Part shown: one piece after another, positions 21,376 through 46,925 of the stretch
Numbering within the stretch: position 1 is the first letter of the stretch
How the letters are laid out: the number at the start of each line of letters is the position of its first letter
Made by a program: the position numbers and the translations under genes
Assembly: GCF_009914755.1 (NCBI RefSeq)
Contig: NC_060931.1
Source: the human T2T-CHM13v2.0 reference genome, Homo sapiens
Length of the DNA stretch: 64,000 nucleotides
Strand: one strand, 5' to 3'
Notes under the pieces: model-generated
The model's input: only the letters and a program-made list of their open reading frames with translations
Told to the model about the DNA's origin: nothing
The model's database searches: none

Positions 21376-21904
21376 GAATAATGCTTGTGTCTATTTTTTA
21401 AATATACAGAAATGAAACAAGGCTTTGATGATTTGTAATTGACAGATGGACACGGGTACTCTCTTGGCCATGTGCCACTGATGGAAAGTGACAAAGGATG
21501 GGTTGCTTTTGGCACCTCGCGCTGGTCAGTGGTCTGCGTGGCCTTTTATGTGTATTGTATTATCTTAAGTTGTGTGATCTTTACAAAGGTTTGTGGTGAG
21601 TTGGGAAATGACCTTGAAAATCTATACATGAGTTCATTGGGTGTTTCATTGGAAGGTCTTCCAGGAGTCTTGATATTTAGGGATGAACCATTAATTTCTC
21701 CACTTTTGTGAAGTATCATTTCTAGCCTTGCCAGCAAGGTTCAGTAATGAAAACAAGTGCAGAAGTAACTGGATTTGATACCAGCCTTCAAATAACTGTG
21801 CCATCTTGGTAAATAAAGATCTTATGAAACAGTGAAGCATAATCAATCACAAAACAACTTTTTTGTTTCATTAATACAGGAAATGGAATGAGAATTTAAA
21901 GTAA

Positions 21905-22174
<270 letters not shown>

Positions 22175-22644
22175 TAATCTCAGCTCACTGCCTCAGCTTC
22201 CTGTGTAGCTGGGACTACAGGTGCACACCACCATGTTCAGCTAATTTTTGTATTTTTAGTAGAGGCAGGGTTTCACCACATTGGCCAGGCTGGTCTTGAA
22301 CTCCTGGCCTCAAGTGATCCACCCATCTTGGTCTCCCAAAGTGCTGGGATTACAGGCGTGAGCCACCGCACCCAGCCACTTTCATTGTTTTTCTCTTGTC
22401 AACTGTAGGTAATCCCAGTGAGGACTATAAATATCACTGAATTACTATGGAGGTGGGCTGCTGCTATAGGCTGTGTGGAAATACTTTTGATGATGTGTTT
22501 GCATGTATATTTCTTGGGAGGAACTCCTGTTTAATATCCCATGATGAAATGCTGAGAATCTGCCAGGCGCTGTGGCTCACACCTTTAATCCCTGCACTTT
22601 GAGAGGCCGAGGTGGGCGGATCACCTGAGGTCTGGAGTTCGAGA

Positions 22645-23780
<1,136 letters not shown>

Positions 23781-23950
23781 TCAAAAAAAATAATAATAAT
23801 AATAAAATAAATAAATAAAATGCTGAGAATCGAGGGAAGAAATAGAAGGCATTATCCAACTCTCCTGTTTTGGTGCAATCCTCCCAATTTCTTGTTGGAT
23901 ATTTCATTTTTCCAAGTACTCCCTCCAGGGCTTACGTGTCTGCATCCAAC

Positions 23951-24020
23951 GCAGAGGTGGTACACAGATGGGGGATGCAGAGGTGGTACACAGAGAGGGG
24001 TGCAGAGGTGGCACAAAGAG
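23951..24020 (+). repeat. Short minisatellite, ~25-bp unit x ~2.8
   Basis: GCAGAGGTGG(T/C)ACA recurs at 23951, 23977 and 24002. Confidence 0.85.
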
Positions 24021-24029
24021 GAGCGGCTG

Positions 24030-24520
24030 CCATTTACTGCGTGCTTATTAAGTGCCAGGCATGCTTTATGTCCACGTTGTTTAATCTTCACACCATTTCT
24101 ATCAGGTCAGTGTTACTTCCCCTGTTTTACAGACGAAAGTATTAGGTTTCAGGGAGAATGCGGAACCTGCCCCAGGTGACTCAGCTAGTAAGTGGCAGAA
24201 TTAGAACCTGAGCCCGAGTCTATTGGGCTCAAGGTCGCTGCTCTTAGTCACCACTCAGGGTGCTTCCCATGAGGACAGCACCCAGAATCGCCTTGGGGAG
24301 TGACACCCTTTGCTTCTTCCCAGGATGAATACAAGTGACTGCCACTGTCCGGCTGTTGCCGGATCGAATCCTGGATCTGCCACTTGGTATCGAAACCTGG
24401 TTCCTCTATCTATAAAATGAATGTAATGATAGTATGAATCTCACAGAGCCGTTGTGGGGATTAAATGAAATCAGCCACATCATAAAGCATTTGGCACAGG
24501 GACGAATAAGTGTTGAAAAG
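24030..24520. mobile_element. MIR fragments
   Basis: TTTTACAGACGAAAG..TGCCCAGGTGACTCAGCTAGTAAGTGGCAGA, and on the opposite orientation TTCCTCTATCTATAAAATG..GGATTAAATGA. Confidence 0.65.
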
Positions 24521-25330
24521 TATTCGCAGCTACTGTTATTGTTATTATTAAGCTCCCAACTTGAACGTGCACTGAGTTCCAAAAGTTCCTTTTACATTCG
24601 TTGTTTGAACTCAGAACACATTTACCCATGTAAAGGATGCTAAACATCCTATTTAATTACCGATAAATACTAGGATAACGTAGCTTACAGGGTGCTGATT
24701 GGCTTGGATATGCGTCCTACAAGCTGGGCAATGCTGGATGGGGAGAAGGACCAGCTGGAACCAGTTGTACACGAGGACTTTTCTCCTTAGGAGGCCGAGT
24801 CCAAGAGCCCTCCAGCTGCCTCAAGCCCTCCATTCTAAAGGAGATTTTCTGCTTCAAAAATTATCCTCTTCCTGCAGTAGTAATTAAATTTTCAGTGCTT
24901 CTGGCGGTTGTTCAAACCTTAAAAAAATAAACAGCCCCTCGCCCTGCGTGCCTTGCATGGAAACTCCCATTTCCTCAGTCCCTGGCTCAGGAAGCCAGCA
25001 TTCATTTATAAGATCTGGGAATGCCCTGTGCCCCTTAACCTTCCCAAAGTTGTTGATGTTTGTAAGGAGTGGGATCCAGAGTTTCAGGAGTGACGCAGAG
25101 AGCTGTCCCAGCATCTGCAGCGTGGATGTTGGCCATGACCTTCTTATAAAGCTGCCGTGACAATGCTGGTTTCCTCAGGCAGGTTCTCCGCCCCTCCTCT
25201 TTGCTCATGTGACACTTTGCTGCTGGAAGGTGCTTTGAGGCAGACCAGCTATCCCTGGAGGGTCACCTGGAGGATCAGCTCTCTTAAGCTGGTCTTTCTT
25301 CATCCCTGCTTTCCTTCTTCTGTTTCTTGA

Positions 25331-25533
<203 letters not shown>

Positions 25534-25946
25534 TAGTAGAGATGGGGTTTCTCCATGTTGGTCAGGCTGATCTCCAACTCTCAACCTCAGGTGATCCGCC
25601 CACCTTGGCTCCTACAGTGCTAGGATTACAGGCGTGAGGCCACCGTGCCTGGCCCAAGAGCCCCTGGATTTTTTTTTGGAGGAGAGCCCCTCAAAGAAAG
25701 ATAAAGGGGCTCTTAGAAAAACTGGGAGTGTGTGGGGACGGACCTCTGGCAGGGTCTGGGCTTGCTGAGGACTCAGTCAAGGTTATCTATGCCTTGCGGG
25801 GCTCAAAGGCGTCTTCAAACCAGTGACAGAACGTGTGGGTTACGGTCAACCAATGCCTAAGGGGCGCATTGGCCAAGCCAAAAACTGCGACGCATATTCT
25901 GACAAGTACAAATAAATTTATGGGGACAATGGGACCGAATAATTGA

Positions 25947-26983
<1,037 letters not shown>

Positions 26984-27104
26984 TGAGATTACAGGTGTGA
27001 GCCACCATGCCCAGCTGCCATCACAATACTCTATTCGAGCCACCTCAATAGTTCTCTGGTGAACGACCGCATGTCCAGTCTCTCCCACCACACTCCTTCC
27101 ACCC

Positions 27105-27572
27105 AGCAACACACACACACTCACACTCACACACACACACACACGGCCACATACACTACACACAGGCACACACATACAGGCACACAGACACACACATTCA
27201 CCTGGGCACATAGACACATAGAGACATACACAGACAGACGCACACATGGACATGGACACATACACACAGGCACACACATATAGACACATACAGACAGACA
27301 CTAGACAAACACAGACACACGTCCAATTGGACACACAGGCACATAGAGACATACACAAAAACAGACAGACAGACACATGGACATGGACACATACAAACAG
27401 GCACACAGACACACATACACTCACCTGGACAAACAGACACATAAAGACGGATGCACAAACACACACACAGTGTATACATACACTGAGACACACATAGATA
27501 TACACACAGACACATAAACACGTACACAGACATAGACACACAAACGCAGATACATACACAGACACACACATA
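27105..27572 (+). repeat. Degenerate (CA)n-rich low-complexity repeat
   Basis: About 470 bp of ACAC/AGAC/ATAC units. Source of the VC- and HT-rich spurious ORFs. Confidence 0.93.
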
Positions 27573-27599
27573 TATTTCTCAGCCAGGCACGGTGGCTCA

Positions 27600-27907
<308 letters not shown>

Positions 27908-28016
27908 TTATTTGAAACAGAGTCTAGCTCTGTTGTCCAGGCTGGAGTGCAATGACGCAATCTCGGCTCACTGCAACCTCTGCCTCCCAGGTTCATCTCC
28001 TGCCTCAGCCTCCTGA

Positions 28017-28439
<423 letters not shown>

Positions 28440-28999
28440 TGATCTGCCCGCCTCCCAGAGTGCTGGGATTACAGGCATGAGCCACCGTGCCCGGCCACTT
28501 TTTTTTTAATTCTTTGAGACAGGGCCTTGCTTTGCTGCCCAGGCTGGAGTGCAATGGCCCCATCTCGGTTCACTGTAGCCTTGACCTCCTGAGCGCAATG
28601 GATCCTCCCACCTCAGCCTCCCAAGTAGTTGGAAATACAGGCTTGCACCACCATACCTGGCTAATTTTTTCTTTTTTTGAGATGGGGTCTCACTCTGTCA
28701 CCCAGTCTGCAGTGCAGTGGTGTGATCCCCCCAATCCTACTGCCTCAGCCCCTTAAGTAGCTGGGATTATAGGCGCACACCACCATGCTCAGCTAATTTT
28801 TGTATTTTTATAGAGATGGGGTTTCACCGTGTTGCCCAGGCTGGAGATTTTAAAAATTTTTTTATAGAGACAGGGTTTCCCTGTGTTGCCCAGGCTAGTC
28901 TTAAACTCCTGGGCTCAAGTGATCCTTCTCCCTTGGCCTCCCAGAGCGTTGGTATTACAGGTGTGAGCCACCATGCCTGGCCTTGATATTTATTGTTTA

Positions 29000-29194
<195 letters not shown>

Positions 29195-29248
29195 CTACTG
29201 AAAATACAAAAATTAGCCGGGCGTGGTGGCACGTACCTGTAATCCTAG

Positions 29249-30097
<849 letters not shown>

Positions 30098-30207
30098 TGA
30101 GTAGCTGGGACTATAGGCACTGCCACTGCATCCTGCTAATTTTAATTTTTTTTTGTAGACATGGGGTCTCACTGTGTTGTCCAGGCTGATCTCAAACTCC
30201 TGGGCTC

Positions 30208-30536
<329 letters not shown>

Positions 30537-31564
30537 TCAAGTACCTGGGCCTACAGGCGTGCACCGCCATGCCTGGCTAATTTTTGTACTTTTAGTAGAG
30601 ACTGGGTTTCGCCATGTTGGCCAGGCTGGTGTTGAACTCCTGGCCTCAAGTGATCTGCCCATCCCGGCCCCCCAGAGTGCTGGGATTACAGGTGTGAGCC
30701 ACTGTACCCGGCCAAAAACTGGTTTCTTAATGAAACCTACAAGAATGGTGATATTTGAGCACTAAAGTCATTTGGGATATGGGAGAGGTGAGAGCAAGGT
30801 TAGTGCTGGGGCAAGAGGGACAAGGAAGTCCCAGTTGTCCTCAAGGAGGTCACAGGCAAGTAGAAGCAGCAACTGCCCCTTCACACAGAGGAGGTTGGGG
30901 GGCCGAGGAAGGTGGCTGTGGGCAGGGAGAGGCACGGAAGCTTCCGGGAGGACCTCCCCTGGGAAGGCAGTCTCAAAGGCGGCCACAGGGAAGGACGTGT
31001 GAAGCAGAGGTCCGTGTGACCGTGCAGGTGGGAGGGAAAAGGGCTTCTCTGTCCAGCTGGGTGACCGTGGAAGGAGGACGTGTACGGGGTGCCTGTTCTC
31101 TAAGTGCGGGGCTGCCTTTGCTCACAGTATCCCAAATACTGGCCATTGAAGTCTACTTGTTAAGGGATAATTCACTCTGTGCCAATGAGGAAGGACTCAA
31201 GGTCAAGTGTATGCTGTTCATTTATTTTGGAGTATTGTCCCTGGGGAGAAGGCACAGTCCTGTCTTCATTTCACACAGCAAAGGGGGCAGAGGGGCGAGG
31301 ACAGTGCGTTTCTTCTGGGGGGTCTTCAGCTGAAACAGTGCTCGTGTTAACCCTCCCACCCCTCATTATCTCTCCTTCCTTTTCCTTCACAAGCAGACAC
31401 TGAATCATATCTGTGTGCCAGGCTCTGTGCTGGGTGCAGGGGACTCATCAGGGATGAACAAGGTGGGCTCGCTGCTCTGTGCCCTACAGCCCAGCCTTCA
31501 TTTCTCCCCTCCTGGCGAGGGAGTAGGTCAGGGTGGTTGTCCTGCACTTTCACCCGTATAAGAC

Positions 31565-31992
31565 CAGGCACTGGTACCAGCTGCAAAATTGGCAGCATCC
31601 AGTGCAAAATAAAAATGCAGGGCCCTTTGCTAAAAAGATTGTTAAGCACTTCAGGACAGCTAATGCGGAGACTAAACTAAGCACGGGGTTCTAGTGATCT
31701 ACCGCAGAACATGGCAACTGTAGTTAATAATAATGTATTGTTATTTCTCTAAGCGGCTAAAACAGTAGCTTTAAAATGCTCTTATCACAAAGAAATTGTC
31801 AGAATGTGAGGTGATGCCTGTGTTCATTAGCTTGATTTAATAAAGCCACAATGTCTACATATATAGTAACATCGCATTGTACCCCATAACTATACACAAT
31901 ATTATTAACAGTACCATTTAAAAAGCAAAATAAAACCAAACATGAGGCCTTTGTGCATCTGCACAGGTGACAGACTGTGAAAGCCAGCCCTG
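31565..31992. mobile_element. MER45A-like hAT element interrupted by an L1MA 3'-end fragment (~31690-31935)
   Basis: CCAGTGCAAAATAAAAATGCAGGGCCC... then an L1MA-type 3'UTR (GTTAATAATAATGTATTG..TGTGAGGTGATG..TTAGCTTGATTTAA), then GCACAGGT..AAGCCAGCCCTG. Confidence 0.6.
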
Positions 31993-32167
31993 TCAGGCAC
32001 CACATTCCTGTCCAGTGATGGGACAGAGGGGAGCGGGGAAGGTGGGAGGTAGCGGTAGGAAGAGAAGGGGAGGAAGAAGGTAGCTGACAGTAAAGTGATC
32101 GGCGGCTCACGTTCACGATAGCCACCCATGAAAGGCCCTTGGTTTTCATTCTTAAAGAATCCGTCTC

Positions 32168-32577
<410 letters not shown>

Positions 32578-32884
32578 CTAGGTTTTTGTCATTGTGTATA
32601 GTAGAGGACAGTATTTCCTGGTTTCTCTGCACCGAAGCTGAGTCAGGAGAATGTGTGGGAAAGGGAAGTCGTTCCCTATGGGGAAGGGTGTGGAGAAGAG
32701 CGGGGAAAGCTCTGCCGACAGTGGACTAAAAGATTGCCTTTTCTAGGCCGGGTGCGACAGAGCCAGACTCCATCTTGGAAAAAAAAAAAAAAAAAGATTG
32801 CAGTTTCCAAAACCAGCCAGCAAGAATATGATAGTTAACTGAGTTCTGAACGGAGCTCTATATTGGACTGTGATGATGCACATC

Positions 32885-33900
<1,016 letters not shown>

Positions 33901-34060
33901 ACATTCACACCAAAGCGAGGGGGATCTTGTTTACTAAACTGTGGGCTACCAGCTCCTGCAGTGGGTGGGTCCATGGGAACCAGAATCCAGCTTTGTGAAA
34001 ATTAAGATTCAGCCACTTCAAAAGTGGGAAACTACACTTAGACCAGTTCCAGCGTGGTAG

Positions 34061-34228
<168 letters not shown>

Positions 34229-35220
34229 TAGCTGGGACTACAGGCGCATGTCACCACACTTGGCTAGTTTTTTTGTATTTTTAGTAGAGATGGGGTTTCA
34301 CCATATTGGCCAGCCTGGTCTCAAACTCCTGACCTTGTGATCCACCCACCTCGGTCTCCCAAAGTGCTGGGATTACAGGCGTGAACCACCACGCCCGGCC
34401 AGTATTCATCTTTATATAGGAATTAGGGGATGGGGAAATTATTAGTAATCTCTTTCTTGCTCAATAAGGAGCTTTGGGGAGTATTTTGGCTGAAATGTTT
34501 GAGTTACTATTCTAAATGCCTCTGTCCTTCTCAGGAATGAGACCTGCAGACCAGAATGGGAGAGATGGGCAGAAACTCTAGAGCTGGATGGATCTTTTTG
34601 GAAAGAGGGAAGAGTTAACTCATGAGAGAGAAAGGATAGCTGCTGCCAGGAGGAAGGAGGCTGGGTGGCTGACGGTGAGTCTTGGGCAGGTAGGCTGAGA
34701 AAGAGATGGTGAAAGGGGCATTGGAGAGGGTCTGCAGGCAGGAGCAGTGTGAGCGCTCACTCAGCTACTTGAGAGGCTGAGGTGGGAGGATCCCTTGCAC
34801 CCAGGAGTGTGAGGCTACTGTGAGTTGTGATTGTCCCACTGCACTCCAGCCTGGGCAACAGAGCAAGATCCTGTGTCAAAAAGAAAAAAAAAAAGATAAG
34901 CTCAATTTAAAAGCAAGTAGTGCCCATGTCAAGCTGTATGCTTGTTTTTGTTTTTTGTTGTTTGGGGGGAGGGTGGGATCTTGCTAGGTTGCCTAGCTGT
35001 TCTCCAACTCTTGGGTTCAATTGATCCTATGGCCTCAGCCTCCTGAGTAACTGGAACTACAGGTGCATACCACCATGTCTGGTTGGGCTGTATGGCTTTG
35101 CCCTTGCATTAGGCACAAAGCTGTGGGCTTCCTGGTGAGCACCTTCAAAGCAGTCTTACTCAAAGAAGCATTGGTCAGGCCCTTAAAGTCACTGAAAACA
35201 CTCCCAGTCACCATGGCATC

Positions 35221-35599
35221 TGATATGGTTTGGCTCTGTGTTCCCACCCAAATCTCACCTGGAACTGTAATCCCCGTAATCTCCACACGTCAAGGGAGAG
35301 ACCAGATGGAGATGATTGAATCACCGGGGTGGTTTTCCCCATGCTGTTCTTGTGATAGTGAGTGAGTCTCATGAGATTTGATGGTTTATAAAGGGCAGTT
35401 TCCCCTGCACTCGAACACAGGCTCTCCCACCTGCCACCAAGTAAGACGTATCTTTGCTTCTCCTTCATCTTTGCCATGATTGTAAGCTTCCTGAGGCCTC
35501 CCCAGCAATGGAGAACTGTGAGTCCATTAAAACTCTTTTCTTTATAAATTACTCAGTCTCAGATATTTCTTCATAGCAGTATGAGAACAGATTAATACA
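35221..35599 (+). mobile_element. THE1 (THE1D-like, MaLR) solo LTR
   Basis: TGATATGGTTTGGCTCTGTG...ATTAATACA with perfect 5-bp TSD GCATC. Confidence 0.88.
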
Positions 35600-36356
35600 G
35601 CATCTTCCAAGCAAACACTGAAGAGGGGGCTGGAACATTTTCCAGTGGTAATTTTTCTTTTTCTTTGTTTTTTAAGACATGGGGTCTCACTCTGTCACTC
35701 GGACTGCAGTGCAGTAGCGTGATCTTGGCTCACTGCAGCCTTGACCTCTGGGCTCAAGTGATCCTCCTGCCTCAGTCCCCCAAGTAGTTTGGACTATAGG
35801 TGCGTGCCACCATGCCTGACTAATTTTTTAATTTTTTTGTAGAGACAGGGTTTTGCCATGTTGCCCAGGATGGTCTCGAACTTGTAAGGTAATAAGGTAA
35901 TTGTAAGGTAATAAGGTAATAAACTGCATCTTTATTCTTCACATCAGCCCTGTGAAGTCACTTCCTACATTTTGACAAGATGGAAACTGAGTCACAGAGA
36001 GGTTAAGTACCTTGCCTAAAGTAACAAATGCATCAAGCCAGAGCTGAGATTTAAATCAGGCAGTTTGGCCTCAAAGCCTGTATCTTTGACCAACATGGAC
36101 TATTTGGCTCTGAATTACAGAAGTTCTGGCACCATGACCATTAAGTGTCTTTGGACACAAGGGAGAGCAGGTATGAGGACATGAAAAATTCAACATAGTT
36201 CATTTCTATTAATAAAAAGATGTCTCAAATCTTAGTAATATTGAGGATAGGTGTCTTTCAATCTTTTTTTATACCTTAGTTATAATCCAGATAACCAAAA
36301 ACAGCTGTGTGATTTTGTCCACACAAATCTAAAGCTGAGAGAATCACGAATGAGAA

Positions 36357-36586
36357 CAAGCTTGGCCCATGGCCTGCGGGCCAAATGCAGCCCAGGATGG
36401 CTTTAATGCAGCCCAATGCAAAATCGTAAACTTTCTTAAAACATTATGAGTTCTTTTTGTGATTTTTTTTTTTTTTTTTTTTTTTGCTCATCAGCTACCA
36501 TTAGTGTTAGTGTATTTCACATGTGGTCCAAGACAATTCTTCATCTTCCAGTGTGGCCCAGGTAAGCCAAAAGATTGGCCCGCCTT
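36357..36586. mobile_element. MER30 (hAT-Charlie) non-autonomous DNA transposon
   Basis: GGCCCATGGCCTGCGGGCC..CAGGATGGCTTT..CTTAAAACATTATGAG..GCTCATCAGCTA..CCAGTGTGGCCCAGG.AAGCCAAAAGATTGG. Confidence 0.75.
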
Positions 36587-36689
36587 TGAGTTAGAAGAAG
36601 GCAGCTGCTGAGGATGAGGGCAGTAATGATATGGACACTTGCCATGTGACACTACTTAGCATTTTTATTTTTAAAAACTTTATTGATTC

Positions 36690-39300
<2,611 letters not shown>

Positions 39301-39448
39301 TACAGTATCATTTTTACCTTAACTATCAGCTCCAGATATCAGGAACTCAGTGGCCATCTGTTGTTCTGCAAGTTACTCTTGCAGAGAATTCACTTTGCAC
39401 TTTTTCGTGTAAGGCAAGTACACAAAATAGAGGGGTAAGACATGGAAA

Positions 39449-40510
<1,062 letters not shown>

Positions 40511-41472
40511 GAAACATAGTGTAACTTTGCACCCAGTTTTCAGATACACATTGTTGCAACTAGAGGTTCTGCTGAATGAAACAGTCTAAGGCAGCAAGTG
40601 TGGGTTCCCATTTACCTCCCTGCATCTGTGCCTGCTCTGTTGCTCCCCCCAATTCACTGTGATCTCCTAGTTTCCCAGCACAACTTCTGCTTGAATGGAC
40701 CAAGTTAATATCTGGTGAAGATAATTTTGTAATGACACAGACTTGCTTCATTCATTCTACTATAATTACATGAGAATTCCTGCTGTCCTGCTTCTGATAA
40801 TGTTCTAGAATGAACATCAATAAGGAGAGGAGAGACCCTTGGAAAGCCAGCTCCTCCAAAACCTGTTGCTTGTGAGATTGCACAATGGCAAGAAACATTT
40901 GGACCTAGTTTTTGGCAGTATGCTGTGTCCAGATTGCCTGGAGTCCCATTTATGCTACTCAGCAGTTTCACTCCCTATTGGCAAAATAGTTTAATTTTTG
41001 TTGGATACCACTCAGTCTCTAGGACATACAGTGATTGCCTGATGGGAGTTCATGGGCATTTGTTACTGAAAATAGACAACATTCAAGGTAAAGAGCTCAA
41101 AAGTAGAAAAGTGTATGTAAAATGATAAAAGGACTGGGTTAGTCTGAAGGACTGATGACTGAGATTCCTTCTGGCTCTACCATCTATTTCTACCTCTGCT
41201 TACCAGATGCTGGTTTTGCAATGCTTTCGCGGTTCCTGTTTTGTCAAGAGAGCCTAAAGAAGGTGCTCAGAACAAAATTAAATTTTAATCTAGGCTAATT
41301 TTCAAAGTATGAGCCTCAGTTTTCTTATTTGATTAAGGGAGGTATTTATAATATCTACCTCGTGGGAATGTTAGGAAGATTAAATGTAATGGTGTGCTGA
41401 AAATGCTTTGGAAATGAAGATATTATTGTAACTCAGTTCTCCATAAGAATTGAATAGGAAATTGTTACAAAC

Positions 41473-42881
<1,409 letters not shown>

Positions 42882-44542
42882 AACCCTAAATATTGTCTGG
42901 TAGTGTGGATGAACTTATTAAAGTGCAGCTCCCCAGATTTCATCTCTGGATTCTGAGTAGTGGGCATAGAATCAGTGATTGATTCTGATGAGAGGCACAT
43001 GGAAGCACTCAGCATATTTTGTTGAATAAATGAAGCAGATGTGAATTGAAATTGGAAGGATGGGTGAAGCTTTGAAAAGAGTTTTGAAGGATGATGAGAA
43101 TGAGGTAGCTGAGGAATGTTCTAGATTCAGAGGCCTGCACAAACACCTGACAATACAGAGGGTTTGAAGAACAGTGTGTGGTCTGGTATGTCCTGATGTA
43201 CCAAGGGGCATAATGTGAGATGAGATTGCAAAGGTAATTTAGAATCTGATCTTAGAGAACCTTGAATGCCATAATAAAGGTTTGGACCAAATTCCATAAG
43301 AATAACACACCACTGATGGTTGTAGGGAAAGAAGACTGACATAATACATACATTCTGGAATTCTGTCCTGATGTCCCTCATAGCAGTATAATTTTCCTGA
43401 AAGATTTCTTGTAGAGACAAAAGCCTGGAGACAGGGTGACTAGTGGGAGGCTATTGAGCAGTTGAGCAAGAGCGACAGTTGGAATGAAAAGCAGGGGACA
43501 GAGACACAAGGGAAGCGGTGGGGTTGAATGACCAGGCCTTGGCAGCTGAGTGGTATAGGAGGGAAGCAAGAAGAGAAGGGGGCGTGGAGGGTCACAGTCT
43601 GAGTAATTGCCCTCGGCAGAGACAAAAACATAGCAGAGTTGGTCTGAATATGTTCCGTCCTCTCGGTAATTTTCTTAAGACTTGTGGTTTGGGGTCTGTT
43701 ATTAACTCTCTGAACACACTCAACACACTCCGGCCAATCAACTCTTGCTTGGACCATTTTCTCCTGCTGTTGCCAAGACATCAGCGAGGCCCATTGAGTC
43801 CAGTGACAGACCCTTCCTCTTAAAGGAGAATGCCAGCTACTTTCAAAGGAACGGGTTTCTAATTTTTTTGGTACTCCTTTCTCGTTTGCATCCTCATGGC
43901 AACAGGGAACACACAGCTTGCTCTTGCCTACAGCTCTGAGATTTAAGATTCGCAGAGCTGCTGGGTGGGCAGTTTTGGAAGACAGCGGTTAGTTATTGGG
44001 TTCTTTTTCCATCTTGGCCCAGCACAACTAGTTACATGCAGGACATTAAGATCACATTGTCCGGGGACTCATGCACTAAATCCCATTAGATAGATAATCT
44101 CTGAGCCCTGATTATTTTGTTCTTAAGCTGTCTTCATATGCATAAATACACGGCATTGCCAGAATCGAATGGTGTTTATTACAAGTTCATTTGAGAGTGG
44201 TGCTGATACGAGGCAGTACTTGGGATAGTAGTTGTGAAACGGTCACATCGTCTGCTAGAGGAGATGCGGAATTGTATATGGGAGGTGTTCGGGTTTCCAT
44301 GTTTCTGACTGTTGGCAGCAGGTGGAGTAGGATGCCATTGTTGGGTAGAAGTACAATAAAGAGATGCTTCTTCCTGCTGACAAAAGCCAACTAAAACGCT
44401 TCTCTCATGACAAGTTGAATTTAAGGCATAAATCAGAAAGCAGGCTGAGCTACTCAGAGAAAAGATTCCTAGGTTAATATGCATTTAGTAGCAGGAATTT
44501 TGTAAAGTATATTGAAGAGGGCAAACCTCCTTGGCAATATAA

Positions 44543-44689
<147 letters not shown>

Positions 44690-44992
44690 TAGCTGGTGGC
44701 ATGTGCCACCATGCTCGGCTAATTTTGTATTTTTAGTAGAGACGGGGTTTCGCCATGTTAGCCAGGATGGTCTTGATCTCCCGACCTTAGGTGATCCACC
44801 CGCCTTGGCCTCCCAAAGTGCTGAGATTACAGGTGTGAGCCACCACGCCCCACGAAGTGCTTCTTATAGAGTATGAGGTTTATACCTCTGTGGGTGTTTT
44901 GCCCTAGGCACTGTCAAAATGGATGCAATCAGTTTCTGATGTATAGGAGTTAACAGTCTAAGAAGAATAACACAGAAGAATACACAGAGAAT

Positions 44993-45200
44993 TGTCTTAG
45001 ACTGTTCAGGCTGACATGACAAAATACCATTGACGGGGTGGCTTAAACAACAGAAATTTATTTTTTTCAGTTCTGGAGGCTAGAAGTCTGAGATCGGGGT
45101 GCCAGCAGAGTTGGGTTCTGGTGAGGCTTCTCCTCTTGGCTCGCAGACAGCCACCTTCTTGTGTTCTCACAAGACAGTGCTGTGTCTTCACACAATGGCC
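44993..45200 (-). mobile_element. MLT1A-like LTR fragment
   Basis: ACAAAATACCAT..GGTGGCTTAAACAACAGAAATTTATTT..CAGTTCTGGAGGCTAGAAGTCTGAGATC. Confidence 0.7.
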
Positions 45201-45477
45201 ATTCCTCTTCTTGTTGATCAAACCCAATTTCAGTCAGGTATTAGCAGCCATATATTTCAGAGGAGATGAGGCCCCTCTCCAGCCCAAGGGGGTCTTCTTC
45301 AATAATCTAAGTCAGTTCAGTATATCAGGTGTGACTATTTCATAATTACTATTCTGAGTCTTGCCTCATCCCAGCACCACTCTCAAATGAACTTGGAATA
45401 AACACCATTCGATGCTGGCAATGCTATGTATGTATGAATATGAATAAACCATCCAGTGACTGCTTTTGGCACAGGTT

Positions 45478-45920
45478 GGAATTATGGATTGAACTGTGTC
45501 TCTACAGAAACATGCTGAAATCCTAACCTTTGGCTCTGGTGAATGTGATATTTGGAAACGGGATATTTGCAAATGTAATTAAGTTGAGATGAGGTCATTA
45601 GGGTGGGCACTAATCCAATATGACTGGCGTCCTTATAAGGAGAATGCCATGTGAAAATGCAGACACAGGGAGAATGCTACGTGATGATGGAGGCAGAGAT
45701 TGGAGTGATGCACCTACAAGCCAAGGAATGCCAAGGGTTGCCAGCAGCCATCAGAAGCTGGGTATGGAACAGATCCTCCCCTAGAGTCTTCGAGAGAACA
45801 TGGCTTTGCTGACACCTGCATTTGGCCTTCTGGCCTCCAGAACTGTGAGAGCATAAATATCTCTTGTTGAAGCCACCCAGTTTGTTCTACTTTGTCATGG
45901 CCACCCCAGAAAAAGAATAG
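45478..45920 (+). mobile_element. MLT1 (MLT1C-like) MaLR LTR
   Basis: TAATCCAATATGACTGGCGTCCTTATAAG..GGAGGCAGAGATTGGAGTGATGC..CAAGCCAAGGAATGCCAAGG..GGCCTCCAGAACTGTGAGA. Confidence 0.8.
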
Positions 45921-46925
45921 AAAAAGAGCTGATTAATGACACAAGAAGAGAAGCAGCTGGGAACTTCCGGAAACATTTCCTCCCACTGCCTTTGAGAAAG
46001 GGCATCAGGATGGGGCATTTCTTCCACTGTTTTTGTCCATCATGATTTTGGTGCATGGAGGGGCTGCAGCCGTCTCAACACTGCATGGGATAAGCTGAGG
46101 ACAAACGACAACACGCAGGGCCCTGGCAGAGCTGAACGTACAGGCCCATGATGATGCCATCGAATGGTCAAATTATCCTGGAGTCACTGGATTTCCTATT
46201 GTGCGAGATAACAAATTTGCTCTTTCCTTGTGCCACTTTTAGTTAGGTTTTCTGTTATCTGCCTACAAAACACCTTTGATATATCAAGGGTTAGTGGTAT
46301 CTAGAGGAAATCACTGAGGTCAGGAAATCTTTTGTTTTCTACCAGCTGCTGACCATGGCCATCAATCCCAATGAGTCCTATGCAGAGAAGATGCTCCCTG
46401 AAATCGCACACCCTTTATTACTAGCCAGTCCCAAATTCCTGTAAAGACTTCTTCCCTGGTGTAGTAGCTGGGTCCTATACAAGCCTTGAGGTCTTTCTTC
46501 CTGGGCTTTGTGCATGTTTTCCATCCCAGAAACACTCTTCCACCCTACAGTCTCCTCCACCTAGCTACTCTGCCCACCTTCTGGGTTTCAGCTTCAATAT
46601 CATTGCTTTGAGAAGTTTCTACTGATTCCCAAGTCAGCCCCTCTATGGCTTTCTGGGCACCCTGGACTTGCCCTGTCTTAGCATTGACTACACTGTATTG
46701 TAATTGCCTGTTTACTGTTGCTATCTCCCACTGGACTCTTGTGGGCAGATACTCTGAACATCCTGTTTACTGCTGCATGCTCAGTCTAACACAAAGCCTG
46801 ACTCACAGTAGGCGCTTGATATATGTTTGTTAAGTGAATAAAATAAAAGACATGGCAGTGTCAACAGTCTGTAATTTAGAATTAATCTATGTTTAGGCTA
46901 GGGCCGTGAAAAAAATGGGAGCTGG

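Noticed and set aside
30755-31333. 192-aa ORF in unique GC-rich DNA
   Set aside because: Non-ATG start, no recognisable domain and no splice context.
43440-44484. Short ORFs in unique sequence (113, 101 and 67 aa)
   Set aside because: No recognisable homology or consistent splice signals.
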